Virus record (IMG/VR): IMGVR_UViG_3300025387_000013
Coordinates: 46,520 to 110,519 of that record
Direction: 5' to 3' (one strand)
DNA: 64,000 nucleotides
Source: a virus
Lineage: Duplodnaviria; Heunggongvirae; Uroviricota; Caudoviricetes
Part shown: positions 41,883 through 49,676 of the stretch, piece after piece
How positions within the stretch are numbered: the stretch's first letter is position 1
Layout of the letters: each line of letters opens with the position of its first letter
Notes under the pieces: generated by a model
Seen by the model: only the letters and a program-made list of their open reading frames with translations
The model's database searches: none
Told to the model about the DNA's origin: nothing
Translations under genes and position numbers: made by a program

Positions 41883-41925
41883 AGGAGAGGACTGTGGTAT
41901 GTTCTCTCCTATTTTTATTTTAATT
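41883..41925 (+). terminator. Intrinsic terminator (AGGAGAG..CTCTCCT + ATTTTTATTTT)
   Basis: 7-bp GC-rich stem, 14-nt loop and a T-rich tail at the end of the 1 kb ORF-free region. Confidence 0.6.
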
Positions 41926-42171
41926 ATATTATATATTAAAAATAAATCTATTATGAAAATAAATAAAAATGGTAACGCTACAGGTTTACAAAGAATGAGG
42001 AGAAATTTAAATCATGGATATAAAACAGCTTATTTAACTAAACCTGATCACTCTGTTTATTCTACTCATATGTTTATTACAAATAAAGAAAATAAACCAG
42101 CATCTACATACACTCTTGATGAGTTGTATAATTTATATAAAAATGATAAAATTTTAATTAAACCAATTTAA
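41899..42171 (+). CDS. Hypothetical small protein (90 aa)
   Basis: ORF. The true start is possibly the internal M (MKINKNG). Confidence 0.3.
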   Translation: MFSPIFILIILYIKNKSIMKINKNGNATGLQRMRRNLNHGYKTAYLTKPDHSVYSTHMFITNKENKPASTYTLDELYNLYKNDKILIKPI

Positions 42172-42192
42172 CAAACAATAAATTAATTAGTT

Positions 42193-42522
42193 ATGTCAAA
42201 AAAAAATAGAAATCAACGTAATATTTTAGAACTAAAACTATTCAGTGACACTGTTAGAACATATGATAAAGTAGGTAATGATACATATGGTAATCATCTA
42301 GATAAATATGGAGACTGGCATAATCCTATAATAGGTGTGAAATTCTGTACTGGTCATGACGGAGAAGATAATTCTGATATAGAAATACAAATTAAAGACA
42401 TAGAAGATAAGCATAACATGTTAGAATTTATAATTAATAGAGATACTGCAGCTTATTTACATAGTTATTTACAAACCTACTTAGAATTAAATAAAAGAAA
42501 TTATAAATCTAAGAAATTATAA
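42193..42522 (+). CDS. Hypothetical protein (109 aa)
   Basis: ORF. Confidence 0.4.
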   Translation: MSKKNRNQRNILELKLFSDTVRTYDKVGNDTYGNHLDKYGDWHNPIIGVKFCTGHDGEDNSDIEIQIKDIEDKHNMLEFIINRDTAAYLHSYLQTYLELNKRNYKSKKL

Positions 42523-42533
42523 ATCAATTAGTT

Positions 42534-42734
42534 ATGAAAACATTATTCTTATGTGTAGCATGGATTGTAATATTCATGCTATTTTTCTTCCTATTGAGTT
42601 CAATAGGACTGTTATGGGGATATAGTTATAAAGCCATTATTAGTAATGTAGAATGGTTTGTCACATACACAATGCTTATAGGATGGTGGATTGCCACATT
42701 TTGTACTATGGAAATAAATGAAGAATGTTTATAA
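42534..42734 (+). CDS. Small membrane protein (66 aa)
   Basis: Two hydrophobic helices. Confidence 0.35.
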   Translation: MKTLFLCVAWIVIFMLFFFLLSSIGLLWGYSYKAIISNVEWFVTYTMLIGWWIATFCTMEINEECL

Positions 42735-42973
42735 AAAAACAAACAAATATGAAACTACATCCAACATTAGACAACTGCAAGCTTTGTAAGACAAAGTTTA
42801 TTAATCAATTTGATATAGTGGGAAAAACATTCTATATAACAAAGGATGATAATTCCATATTATGTCATAGGCATTATCATTTGGAACAACGGCCAGCTGT
42901 AATAGCTATTGGTGAATATCAAGAGATTACAGTTGTGTTAAGAAAATTAACCTCTATATATTCAAGAAGATGA
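42725..42973 (+). CDS. Small Cys/His protein (82 aa)
   Basis: C..C ... CHRHYH pattern. Confidence 0.35.
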   Translation: MFIKKQTNMKLHPTLDNCKLCKTKFINQFDIVGKTFYITKDDNSILCHRHYHLEQRPAVIAIGEYQEITVVLRKLTSIYSRR

Positions 42974-43045
42974 AATATTTAATATTAATTGCTATATATA
43001 TGTGTATATTAATATACGCATATAAAACAGCACAAAAAGATCCAT

Positions 43046-44146
43046 ATGAATAAAATATTATTAACAATCATATTATTTATATCTTCTCTATCTGCTAAAT
43101 CAGCAATAACAGATGGAGAAGATTCTCTTTATCAATCCATATTATGTATGGATTTTGATCAGCCTGATATTGTTTGGGCTCAAGCTGTTCTTGAAACAGG
43201 ACATTTAAAGAGTAAGCTTTGTGTTAATTACAACAATCTATTTGGGATGAAATATCCTAGAAAGAGACAAACAATGTCTTATTTAAGAACAAACAAAGGA
43301 TATGCAGCATATGAATCAAGAGATAGTTCATTAGCTGATTATCTTTTATGGCAGAAATACATGATTAAACACAAAATGAGTGTTAAAGCTTATTTAAGAT
43401 ATTTAGATCATGTGTATTGTGATGTTCCTGGTTATTCAAAACAGCTAAGAAAGCTATTAAGAAAGAACAAAGGAGATTTAGCAGCTATTAAAAGAATGTT
43501 AGAAGCATATAATTTACAATTACAAACTAAAACAAGAAAAATGAAGTTTGAAGACTTTAAATTAAATCCAAATTGGTCTGAAGAGACTAAAAAGACATTA
43601 GAAGCATTCCATAAAGAAATATGGACTGATAATGAATATAGTAGATTTGGTGTTTGTGTTAAACCAGGTGACACTGTTGTAGATCTTGGAGCTAGTATTG
43701 GCTTATTTAGTGAATATGCACTAAAAGAAGGAGCTAGAAGAGTGTATGCATTCGAGACAGATCCTGAAAGATGTGACTATATTAAACAAAACACTAGAAA
43801 AATAGATGTATTTGTTAAACAAGCATATATAACAGGAAGTCCTAATTTAAAGACAGATCTTAATTTAAGTGGTGTATTACAGCTAGTAGATTTTGGTTAT
43901 GTGGATTTTATGAAGGTGGACATTGAAGGGGCTGAATATAGTTTTATATTAAATGCAGATAATGCTGATATACAAAGAGTGAGAAAATGGGCTATTGAGC
44001 TACATGCTTGGGGTATGTTTGCAAATACTGCTGATGAATACAAGCTTATAATGAAAGTGATTGAAAAACTCACTCTTAATGGATATGATATTAAAATACA
44101 ACACATTCATGAAAATACGTGCTTATACATGTTATATGCATCTTAA
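43046..44146 (+). CDS. Secreted glucosaminidase (LYZ2/FlgJ-type muramidase) fused to an FkbM-family SAM-dependent methyltransferase (366 aa)
   Basis: N-terminal signal peptide (MNKILLTIILFISSLSAKSA). Glucosaminidase motifs WAQAVLETGHLKS ... NNLFGMK ... GYAAYES. C-terminal FkbM signature VVDLGASIGLFSEYA ... RVYAFETDP ... VDFMKVDIEGAEYSFI. Confidence 0.65.
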   Translation: MNKILLTIILFISSLSAKSAITDGEDSLYQSILCMDFDQPDIVWAQAVLETGHLKSKLCVNYNNLFGMKYPRKRQTMSYLRTNKGYAAYESRDSSLADYLLWQKYMIKHKMSVKAYLRYLDHVYCDVPGYSKQLRKLLRKNKGDLAAIKRMLEAYNLQLQTKTRKMKFEDFKLNPNWSEETKKTLEAFHKEIWTDNEYSRFGVCVKPGDTVVDLGASIGLFSEYALKEGARRVYAFETDPERCDYIKQNTRKIDVFVKQAYITGSPNLKTDLNLSGVLQLVDFGYVDFMKVDIEGAEYSFILNADNADIQRVRKWAIELHAWGMFANTADEYKLIMKVIEKLTLNGYDIKIQHIHENTCLYMLYAS

Positions 44147-44388
44147 AAATTAAACATATGAAATTATTATTAGGGGTTTTATTATCCAATCTTACTTCAG
44201 CATTGATTTTTGTATTTATGTTCTTTATACCTTATAGTAAGATGCATTTAGCAGAATTAACACTTATAATGTTTATATTATATGCTGTTTCTGCTATTCT
44301 TATATTAGGTAGTGTAGATCAAAAATGCTCACAGGCATATCTAGATGGATATGCTGATGGAGATCATTCATCAAGAAATACCAATTAA
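44119..44388 (+). CDS. Small membrane protein (89 aa)
   Basis: Two hydrophobic TM-like segments. Confidence 0.35.
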   Translation: MLIHVICILKIKHMKLLLGVLLSNLTSALIFVFMFFIPYSKMHLAELTLIMFILYAVSAILILGSVDQKCSQAYLDGYADGDHSSRNTN

Positions 44389-44614
44389 TATGAGAGAAGA
44401 ACCATTAATTGATTTTAATCCTTGGCCACTTGCTATAATACTATTCTTTGGAATAGGAGTGTGGCTTGGTATACAAGTGTGCAAAGAGCAATATGATATG
44501 CCAGAAGAGTTTAATATACATACAATTTCACGTGATAGGTCTAAACCAACAGAAATGATGGTGATATATGACACAGCAAAAAACAAATACACATTTGAAT
44601 TTATAGACAAATGA
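44345..44614 (+). CDS. Small membrane protein (89 aa)
   Basis: Central TM helix (PLAIILFFGIGVWLGIQV). Confidence 0.35.
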   Translation: MDMLMEIIHQEIPINMREEPLIDFNPWPLAIILFFGIGVWLGIQVCKEQYDMPEEFNIHTISRDRSKPTEMMVIYDTAKNKYTFEFIDK

Positions 44615-44838
44615 ACAACAAAAAGCAAATAATAGCTCTAATAATCATAATGATATTAGGCTATATATTAACTTACATAATAACATAAACAATGAAAACC
44701 ATTCAAGTAACACCAATAGAATTTTATCTATTTAGGCAATTAGCCAATTTCTTATACGATTTTAAAGTGATTGATTCATTAGTCCATATTGTGGCTGATG
44801 AACAAAAATTGGCTATGTTAGGATATTAAACAAATAAT

Positions 44839-45330
44839 ATGTATACACCAGCAAAATTATCATTTAGAAGCTACATGCCTAAACAATTAGAAATAGGTAT
44901 GTGGTTTCTATCTAAGAAACATGAAACAATATATGGTAAAACATATAACTATTTACAAATATATGAGCTTAAAGAGATTCCAAGAGATGTACAATCCTTC
45001 TTAGAGATTAATGGAGCTCCTGTAGAACTGTATATAGTTGCTAAGATGATGAATCCTGATTCAAGAGAAATTGTATTAGCTGAACCACATGAAATAGGTT
45101 GGTTAGATGAAGGCGATTGGTCTGAAGATCTAACTGAAATAGATGTAAACATCATCAATTACCTATTAGAAGAGTGGAGTGGCGACATTGCTATTGAAAC
45201 AGATGAAAATGAAGAAATTATTATTTACGAACACAAATGCACAATTAGAACCATTGATACTGTTCCAGAGGATGAATCAAATGATGAAGAACCTTGGGAT
45301 GATATGGATGATGACAGTTGGCGTGAGTAA
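44839..45330 (+). CDS. Acidic early protein (163 aa)
   Basis: The C-terminal half is very D/E-rich (EDESNDEEPWDDMDDDSWRE). Confidence 0.45.
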   Translation: MYTPAKLSFRSYMPKQLEIGMWFLSKKHETIYGKTYNYLQIYELKEIPRDVQSFLEINGAPVELYIVAKMMNPDSREIVLAEPHEIGWLDEGDWSEDLTEIDVNIINYLLEEWSGDIAIETDENEEIIIYEHKCTIRTIDTVPEDESNDEEPWDDMDDDSWRE

Positions 45331-45559
45331 AACTATTTATTATGGATGCATTAAAAAGAGTATTAGAATTATTATACAAAGACAAACAACCAGAAGAACA
45401 GCCTAAAAGACTAGAAATTAAATCTAGAGATATTATTACACCTGAAGAAAGAGAATCATTCAATCAATGGTGTAGAGAATTGAATGTAAGTATATTATAT
45501 GAAAGAAATAATGAATTTGGTTAGTTTGTATATGTTTCATTGGTGAAAGCTCCTCAGAA

Positions 45560-46132
45560 ATGGGGAGCTTTTTAATTAAATTAATTATTATGACAAAACC
45601 ATCTTATGTAAAAGCAGCAAATAAGAAAGCTGTTAGAGAATTTATATTCTCACATTTTCAATTACCGTCTGTTATAGGACTTGCGGGCCCAGATATAAAT
45701 GAATATATTGAATGGTGCCATGCTAAAGGAATAAAAGATATAGAAATATGGGAGAATACACCAGACGTTATAATGCAACAGATGATAAAAGTTAAACATC
45801 CTGTTACAATGAAGTTTGGAAACATACTAAACGCAGAGTTGAAAGACGATGTGTTATATGATCTTGATTATTGTGTTACAGTGAAGTATATGAAAGAACA
45901 TATACAAAAGTTTACTAAAAACTTTATAATGACATTTTCTAGAAGAATCAAAGGAGAACAAGATGGTTACACCATTAATAAATTTTTTGGAGATAGAAAA
46001 GAGAAGATTATTAGTTCTATTGATAAGCTATTTCCTGTTAAACATACAATTTTCACAACAAACCTTGGTAAATACATTTATACACCGTATTGGGACACAT
46101 CAGCAATGTGTTGCATAACAAAAATTAAATAA
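45560..46132 (+). CDS. Hypothetical protein (190 aa)
   Basis: Weak Rossmann-like VIGLAGPD only. Confidence 0.4.
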   Translation: MGSFLIKLIIMTKPSYVKAANKKAVREFIFSHFQLPSVIGLAGPDINEYIEWCHAKGIKDIEIWENTPDVIMQQMIKVKHPVTMKFGNILNAELKDDVLYDLDYCVTVKYMKEHIQKFTKNFIMTFSRRIKGEQDGYTINKFFGDRKEKIISSIDKLFPVKHTIFTTNLGKYIYTPYWDTSAMCCITKIK

Positions 46133-46133
46133 A

Positions 46134-46439
46134 ATGGCAAGAGAATTCAAATTTTGGTCAGATGTAGAAACAAAAGCATTAATTACAACTATTGAGAAGT
46201 TTCAATCTATTAGTAAAGCAGCTGAATGGCTATCTCCTAAGATTAATAGACCAATTGCTAATATAAATCAAAAAGCTTACGGTTTAATTAAAGCAGGAAT
46301 TATTAAACGCCCTAAAACTAGAATAAAACAAAAAGATGTTACAAAAGTTACAGGTGTGAATCTACCTGATGGATTTTCATTTGATTTCACTCCAAAAAGA
46401 GCTGAAATGTTCAAAGATCATGTTAAGTTATATTTTTAA
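46134..46439 (+). CDS. Hypothetical DNA-binding-like protein (101 aa)
   Basis: Basic and helical. Confidence 0.4.
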   Translation: MAREFKFWSDVETKALITTIEKFQSISKAAEWLSPKINRPIANINQKAYGLIKAGIIKRPKTRIKQKDVTKVTGVNLPDGFSFDFTPKRAEMFKDHVKLYF

Positions 46440-46441
46440 TT

Positions 46442-46885
46442 ATGCCTACAATAGATATTCCAGATAAAATATGTCCTCATTGTGGTGGTACTAGATATAT
46501 AATTGAGAATCGAAAGAAACCAACTAAGTCTAATCCTAATAATGTTAGAATTAGATATAGATGTGTAGTTAAATCAAATGAAAGATATGCTAAATGGGCT
46601 ATAAATAATTTTGATAAACTTAAAGCATATAGAGAAAACTATATACCACATCCTAAACCAAAGGGATATTGGAAAACTCCTGAAATGAAAGAGCATTATA
46701 GATTAAAACATAAAAGAGAGTCTGAACAGCTCACTGATAATTTTGTTAAAAACAAAATATTAGGTGACTCAGGCAGTTTAGCAAGAACAAACTTATCATT
46801 TAAAGATATAACACCAGAACTTGTAGAACTTAAGCGTAAACAAATACAACTGTATAGAAGATTAAAACAAAATGGCAGCAGTTAA
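46442..46885 (+). CDS. Zn-ribbon protein, paralogue A (147 aa)
   Basis: N-terminal ICPHCGGTRY and C-terminal PELVELKRKQIQLY, both shared with the next ORF. Confidence 0.5.
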   Translation: MPTIDIPDKICPHCGGTRYIIENRKKPTKSNPNNVRIRYRCVVKSNERYAKWAINNFDKLKAYRENYIPHPKPKGYWKTPEMKEHYRLKHKRESEQLTDNFVKNKILGDSGSLARTNLSFKDITPELVELKRKQIQLYRRLKQNGSS

Positions 46886-47288
46886 TATACCAGACAGAAT
46901 ATGTTCACATTGTGGTGGCACTAAATGGAATTTGAAATATCTAAAAAAAAAATTAGCCTCAGGAGAATTTAAAACATATGAAATATATGTATGTTCTAAA
47001 AAACAATTAGAGCAACAAACCAGATATAAGTATAAGAATATTAGTAAATACAGAAAAAAATACAGAGAGTCTATAAAAAATAGAAGAAAAACTGATAAGG
47101 CTTTTGCTAATAAACTTTGTCAAATTCATAAAACTGTTGTTAATAATTTACCTGATTGGTATATACGTAAAATTTTAACAGATAATTCTGATTTAACTTC
47201 CTCAGATATACCACAAGAACTTGTAGAATTAAAACACAAACAATTATTATTAACAAGAACAATTAAAAATCAAACAAATGGCAACTAA
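46872..47288 (+). CDS. Zn-ribbon protein, paralogue B (138 aa)
   Basis: N-terminal ICSHCGGTKW and C-terminal QELVELKHKQLLL. Tandem paralogue of 46442..46885. Confidence 0.5.
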   Translation: MAAVNIPDRICSHCGGTKWNLKYLKKKLASGEFKTYEIYVCSKKQLEQQTRYKYKNISKYRKKYRESIKNRRKTDKAFANKLCQIHKTVVNNLPDWYIRKILTDNSDLTSSDIPQELVELKHKQLLLTRTIKNQTNGN

Positions 47289-47496
47289 AACAGTAAAAAC
47301 AATTACAATTACAGAAGTTATTGATGTAACACGTGAAATGGGTGATAAGGTTATGACTCAGTACAATAAAACAAATGACATCAAGTTAGGAGATTTAGCA
47401 TTAAATGCTTACAAAACAGCAATACAAGCTGCTAAAACCCAATTAATCTATAAAAAACTAACAGGAACTCCAGGAGAAATAGATTTTCTAAAATAA
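47278..47496 (+). CDS. Hypothetical small protein (72 aa)
   Basis: ORF. Confidence 0.35.
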   Translation: MATKTVKTITITEVIDVTREMGDKVMTQYNKTNDIKLGDLALNAYKTAIQAAKTQLIYKKLTGTPGEIDFLK

Positions 47497-47509
47497 AAAC
47501 CAATAAACA

Positions 47510-47731
47510 ATGGCACATTACACACTAGTTTACTCAACCAAAAACTATCCATTTAGAAATGTTCTCTCTTATACACCAGGAGAAGATGCATTAGACAAGT
47601 TCTTAAATAAGGTGGTAGATTATTCTCAGCAAAAGGTGGCCAAGAAAAGGCTATCATTAAGAAATAATCATTATTTTTACACCCCTTCTAATGAATATAA
47701 ACAAAGATTCATTAGGTTTAAACATGTATAA
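47510..47731 (+). CDS. Hypothetical small protein (73 aa)
   Basis: ORF. Confidence 0.35.
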   Translation: MAHYTLVYSTKNYPFRNVLSYTPGEDALDKFLNKVVDYSQQKVAKKRLSLRNNHYFYTPSNEYKQRFIRFKHV

Positions 47732-47733
47732 TT

Positions 47734-47952
47734 ATGAAGAATCTAATAACGAAGTTAGTAGTTAAATCAAATGGTGAATACATTAAATGTAAAATAGAAG
47801 GCGATGATGATGTTTTAAGTTCTGTGGTTGCAGAACTTTTAATATCTAATGAAGCAGAAGGTAGATTTAGAGATATATTTACAGAAGCTGTAAAAGCAGT
47901 TGCTATTCATTTAGAAAAGAAATCTGCAAAGAAAACAAGGAAGAAGAAATAA
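47734..47952 (+). CDS. Hypothetical small protein (72 aa)
   Basis: ORF, followed by a terminator. Confidence 0.35.
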   Translation: MKNLITKLVVKSNGEYIKCKIEGDDDVLSSVVAELLISNEAEGRFRDIFTEAVKAVAIHLEKKSAKKTRKKK

Positions 47953-47953
47953 C

Positions 47954-47978
47954 AAAAGGGGGATTTATTTCCCCCTTT
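47954..47978 (+). terminator. Intrinsic terminator (AAAAGGGGGA..TCCCCC + TTT)
   Basis: GGGGGA/TCCCCC stem with a 6-7 nt loop and a T-run, directly after the stop at 47952 and 7 nt before the tmRNA 5' end. Confidence 0.6.
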
Positions 47979-47984
47979 ACATAT

Positions 47985-48455
47985 GGGGCTGTTATTGGTA
48001 ATTGATCCGTATGAGAATGGTAGTATCACATGCAAGACTAGGAGGAGTCAAACAACCTCTAAACAATAACCGCAAAGACTAAATCTGAGCGTGTTGCAGA
48101 AGGTGGAGCAATCATTGCTTCTCTTTTTGCTGGTCGTGTAGCAGTTGCTGCATAACCTAACGGAGTGGTAACAACTTGGCAACAGAAAGTTACAATGTGT
48201 GAAGACTAGACGAATTTTGGCTCGTGATTTTAGAGCTTACACAGTAGTATGCCAATACTACAAAATGTTTTCTTGGTAGTCATAAAACCAAGTGGTGGCA
48301 GTGTTGTACTTAACCGTACGACCCCAATACGGTGCAATTAGTAAGCTTATAAGCTGACTAATAGTACAAAGTTGTCAGGCTATAAGCTGACTAAGCATGT
48401 AAGAATGGTATTATGATTACTTACGGAGACAGGGGTTCGAATCCCCTCAGCTCCA
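47985..48455 (+). ncRNA. ssrA: tmRNA (ssrA), complete and phage-encoded
   Basis: 5' GGGGCUG pairs with 3' CAGCUCC-A and includes the G3:U wobble (Ala identity). The 3' region CUGACUAAGCAUGUA...GGAGACAGGGGUUCGAAUCCCCUCAGCUCCA closely parallels E. coli tmRNA (..GACUGACUAAGCAUGUAGUACCGAGG..GGACGCGGGUUCAACUCCCGCCAGCUCCACCA). AAACAAUAACC-GCA resume context matches E. coli AAAAAAUAGUC-GCA. Tag ORF 48072..48152 (27 codons, AKTKSERVAEGGAIIASLFAGRVAVAA) with stop at 48153-48155. Confidence 0.8.
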
Positions 48456-48461
48456 CAACAG

Positions 48462-48533
48462 TCTCAGGTAGCTCAATTGGTAGAGCCTTTAATTGTATTA
48501 AAGAGTGTGTGGGTTCAAATCCCATCCTGAGAC
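48462..48533 (+). tRNA. tRNA, probable Thr (UGU). Anticodon assignment is tentative.
   Basis: Acceptor TCTCAGG/CCTGAGA, D-arm GCTC-AATTGGTA-GAGC with G18G19, anticodon stem CTTTA/TAAAG with loop ATTGTAT, T-arm GTGGG-TTCAAAT-CCCAT and discriminator C. No encoded CCA. 72 nt, position 26 apparently absent. Confidence 0.6.
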
Positions 48534-48548
48534 CTAAATTAAACAATT

Positions 48549-48695
48549 ATGAAACAGTTATTAGCAATTTTATTAATTAGTGGATTAGCCAGTTGTGCTA
48601 CAAATATGTATGCATATAGAAAATGTCCTACAAATGACAAAAGATATTTTTATAATGAAATGGGTGCTAAAGTTCCTAAAGCATTTAGAAAATGA
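48549..48695 (+). CDS. Small lipoprotein (48 aa)
   Basis: MKQLLAILLISGLASC has a signal peptide and lipobox L-A-S-C. The stop overlaps the polymerase ATG (ATGA). Below the ORF-track size cutoff. Confidence 0.35.
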   Translation: MKQLLAILLISGLASCATNMYAYRKCPTNDKRYFYNEMGAKVPKAFRK

Positions 48696-49676
48696 ATGTA
48701 CTTATATATGATATAGAAACATTAAAGGAGCTGTTCCTTGTTGTTATTTATAATCCACAAACAGATGTTACATATGAATTTGCTGTAAGTAAATGGAATA
48801 ATCAATTAGATCCTTTCATTAGATTTACAGAACAACATGAAGACTATTATTGGGTAGGATATAACAATCTACGCTTTGATAGTCAAGTGGTTGAATATAT
48901 TATTAGAAACTATGAAGATTGGCAAACATTGAGTGGATTAGAGATATGTGCTAAAATAGCATTAAAAGCCTCTGATACCATTCATGATGCTAATTATGAT
49001 GTATTTCCTGAATATAGAGAAGAAGCTCTTAGTCTAAAACAAATAGACTTATTTAGAGTGAATCACTATGATAATAAGAATAGACGTGTTAGCTTAAAGA
49101 GATTGGAGTTTGAAATGGATCTTGAGAACATTGAAGAGATGCCTATTCATCATGAAAAGATTGATATGTCCAAAGAAGACATAGAAACTACTATCAACTA
49201 TTGTCACAATGATGTTATGGCTACTTATGAGTTTTATAAGGTGACTATTGGTGAAACTAATCATCCTCTGTATAAGGGCAATAACCAAATAGCTCTTAGA
49301 CAGGATATACAAGAAGAGTTTGGTATTCCTTGTTTGAACTATTCAGATAGTAAAATAGGGGATGAAATGATTAAGAAGTTTTATTGCCAGGAAAAGAACA
49401 TACAATACACTGCTCTACCAAAAAAAGGTACATTCAGAAAGAAAATCAGTGTAAAAGAATGTATTGCACCATATGTAGAGTTTATAACAGATGAGTTACA
49501 GCAGTTCTTAAAGAAGATTAGAAGAATGAATCTTACAATACAAGATGATTTCAAAGAGAGTTTACATTTCTATAATAATGTATACACATTTGCAAAAGGT
49601 GGTCTTCATACAGAAAATAAACCTAAAGTGTTTGAAGCTAGTGAGGATACATTTATTATTGATTGGGATGTTTCGT
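48692..49676 (+). CDS. Family B DNA polymerase, exon 1 (3'-5' exonuclease domain to start of motif A)
   Basis: Exo I (LIYDIETL) and Exo III-like (YCHNDVMATYEFY) motifs. Ends ..IIDWDVS, the first half of Pol B motif A DxxSLYPS. 5' splice site after U49676 is predicted from P1 pairing GUUUCGU/GCGAAAC with a terminal U-G. The ORF track runs on to an in-intron stop at 49696. Confidence 0.65.

Noticed and set aside
47985-48533. tmRNA and tRNA interpreted as a host attB or prophage boundary
   Set aside because: The tmRNA is complete, not a 3' fragment. It is flanked on both sides by phage-type genes in the same orientation. No integrase is present in the window. It is more likely a phage-borne gene.
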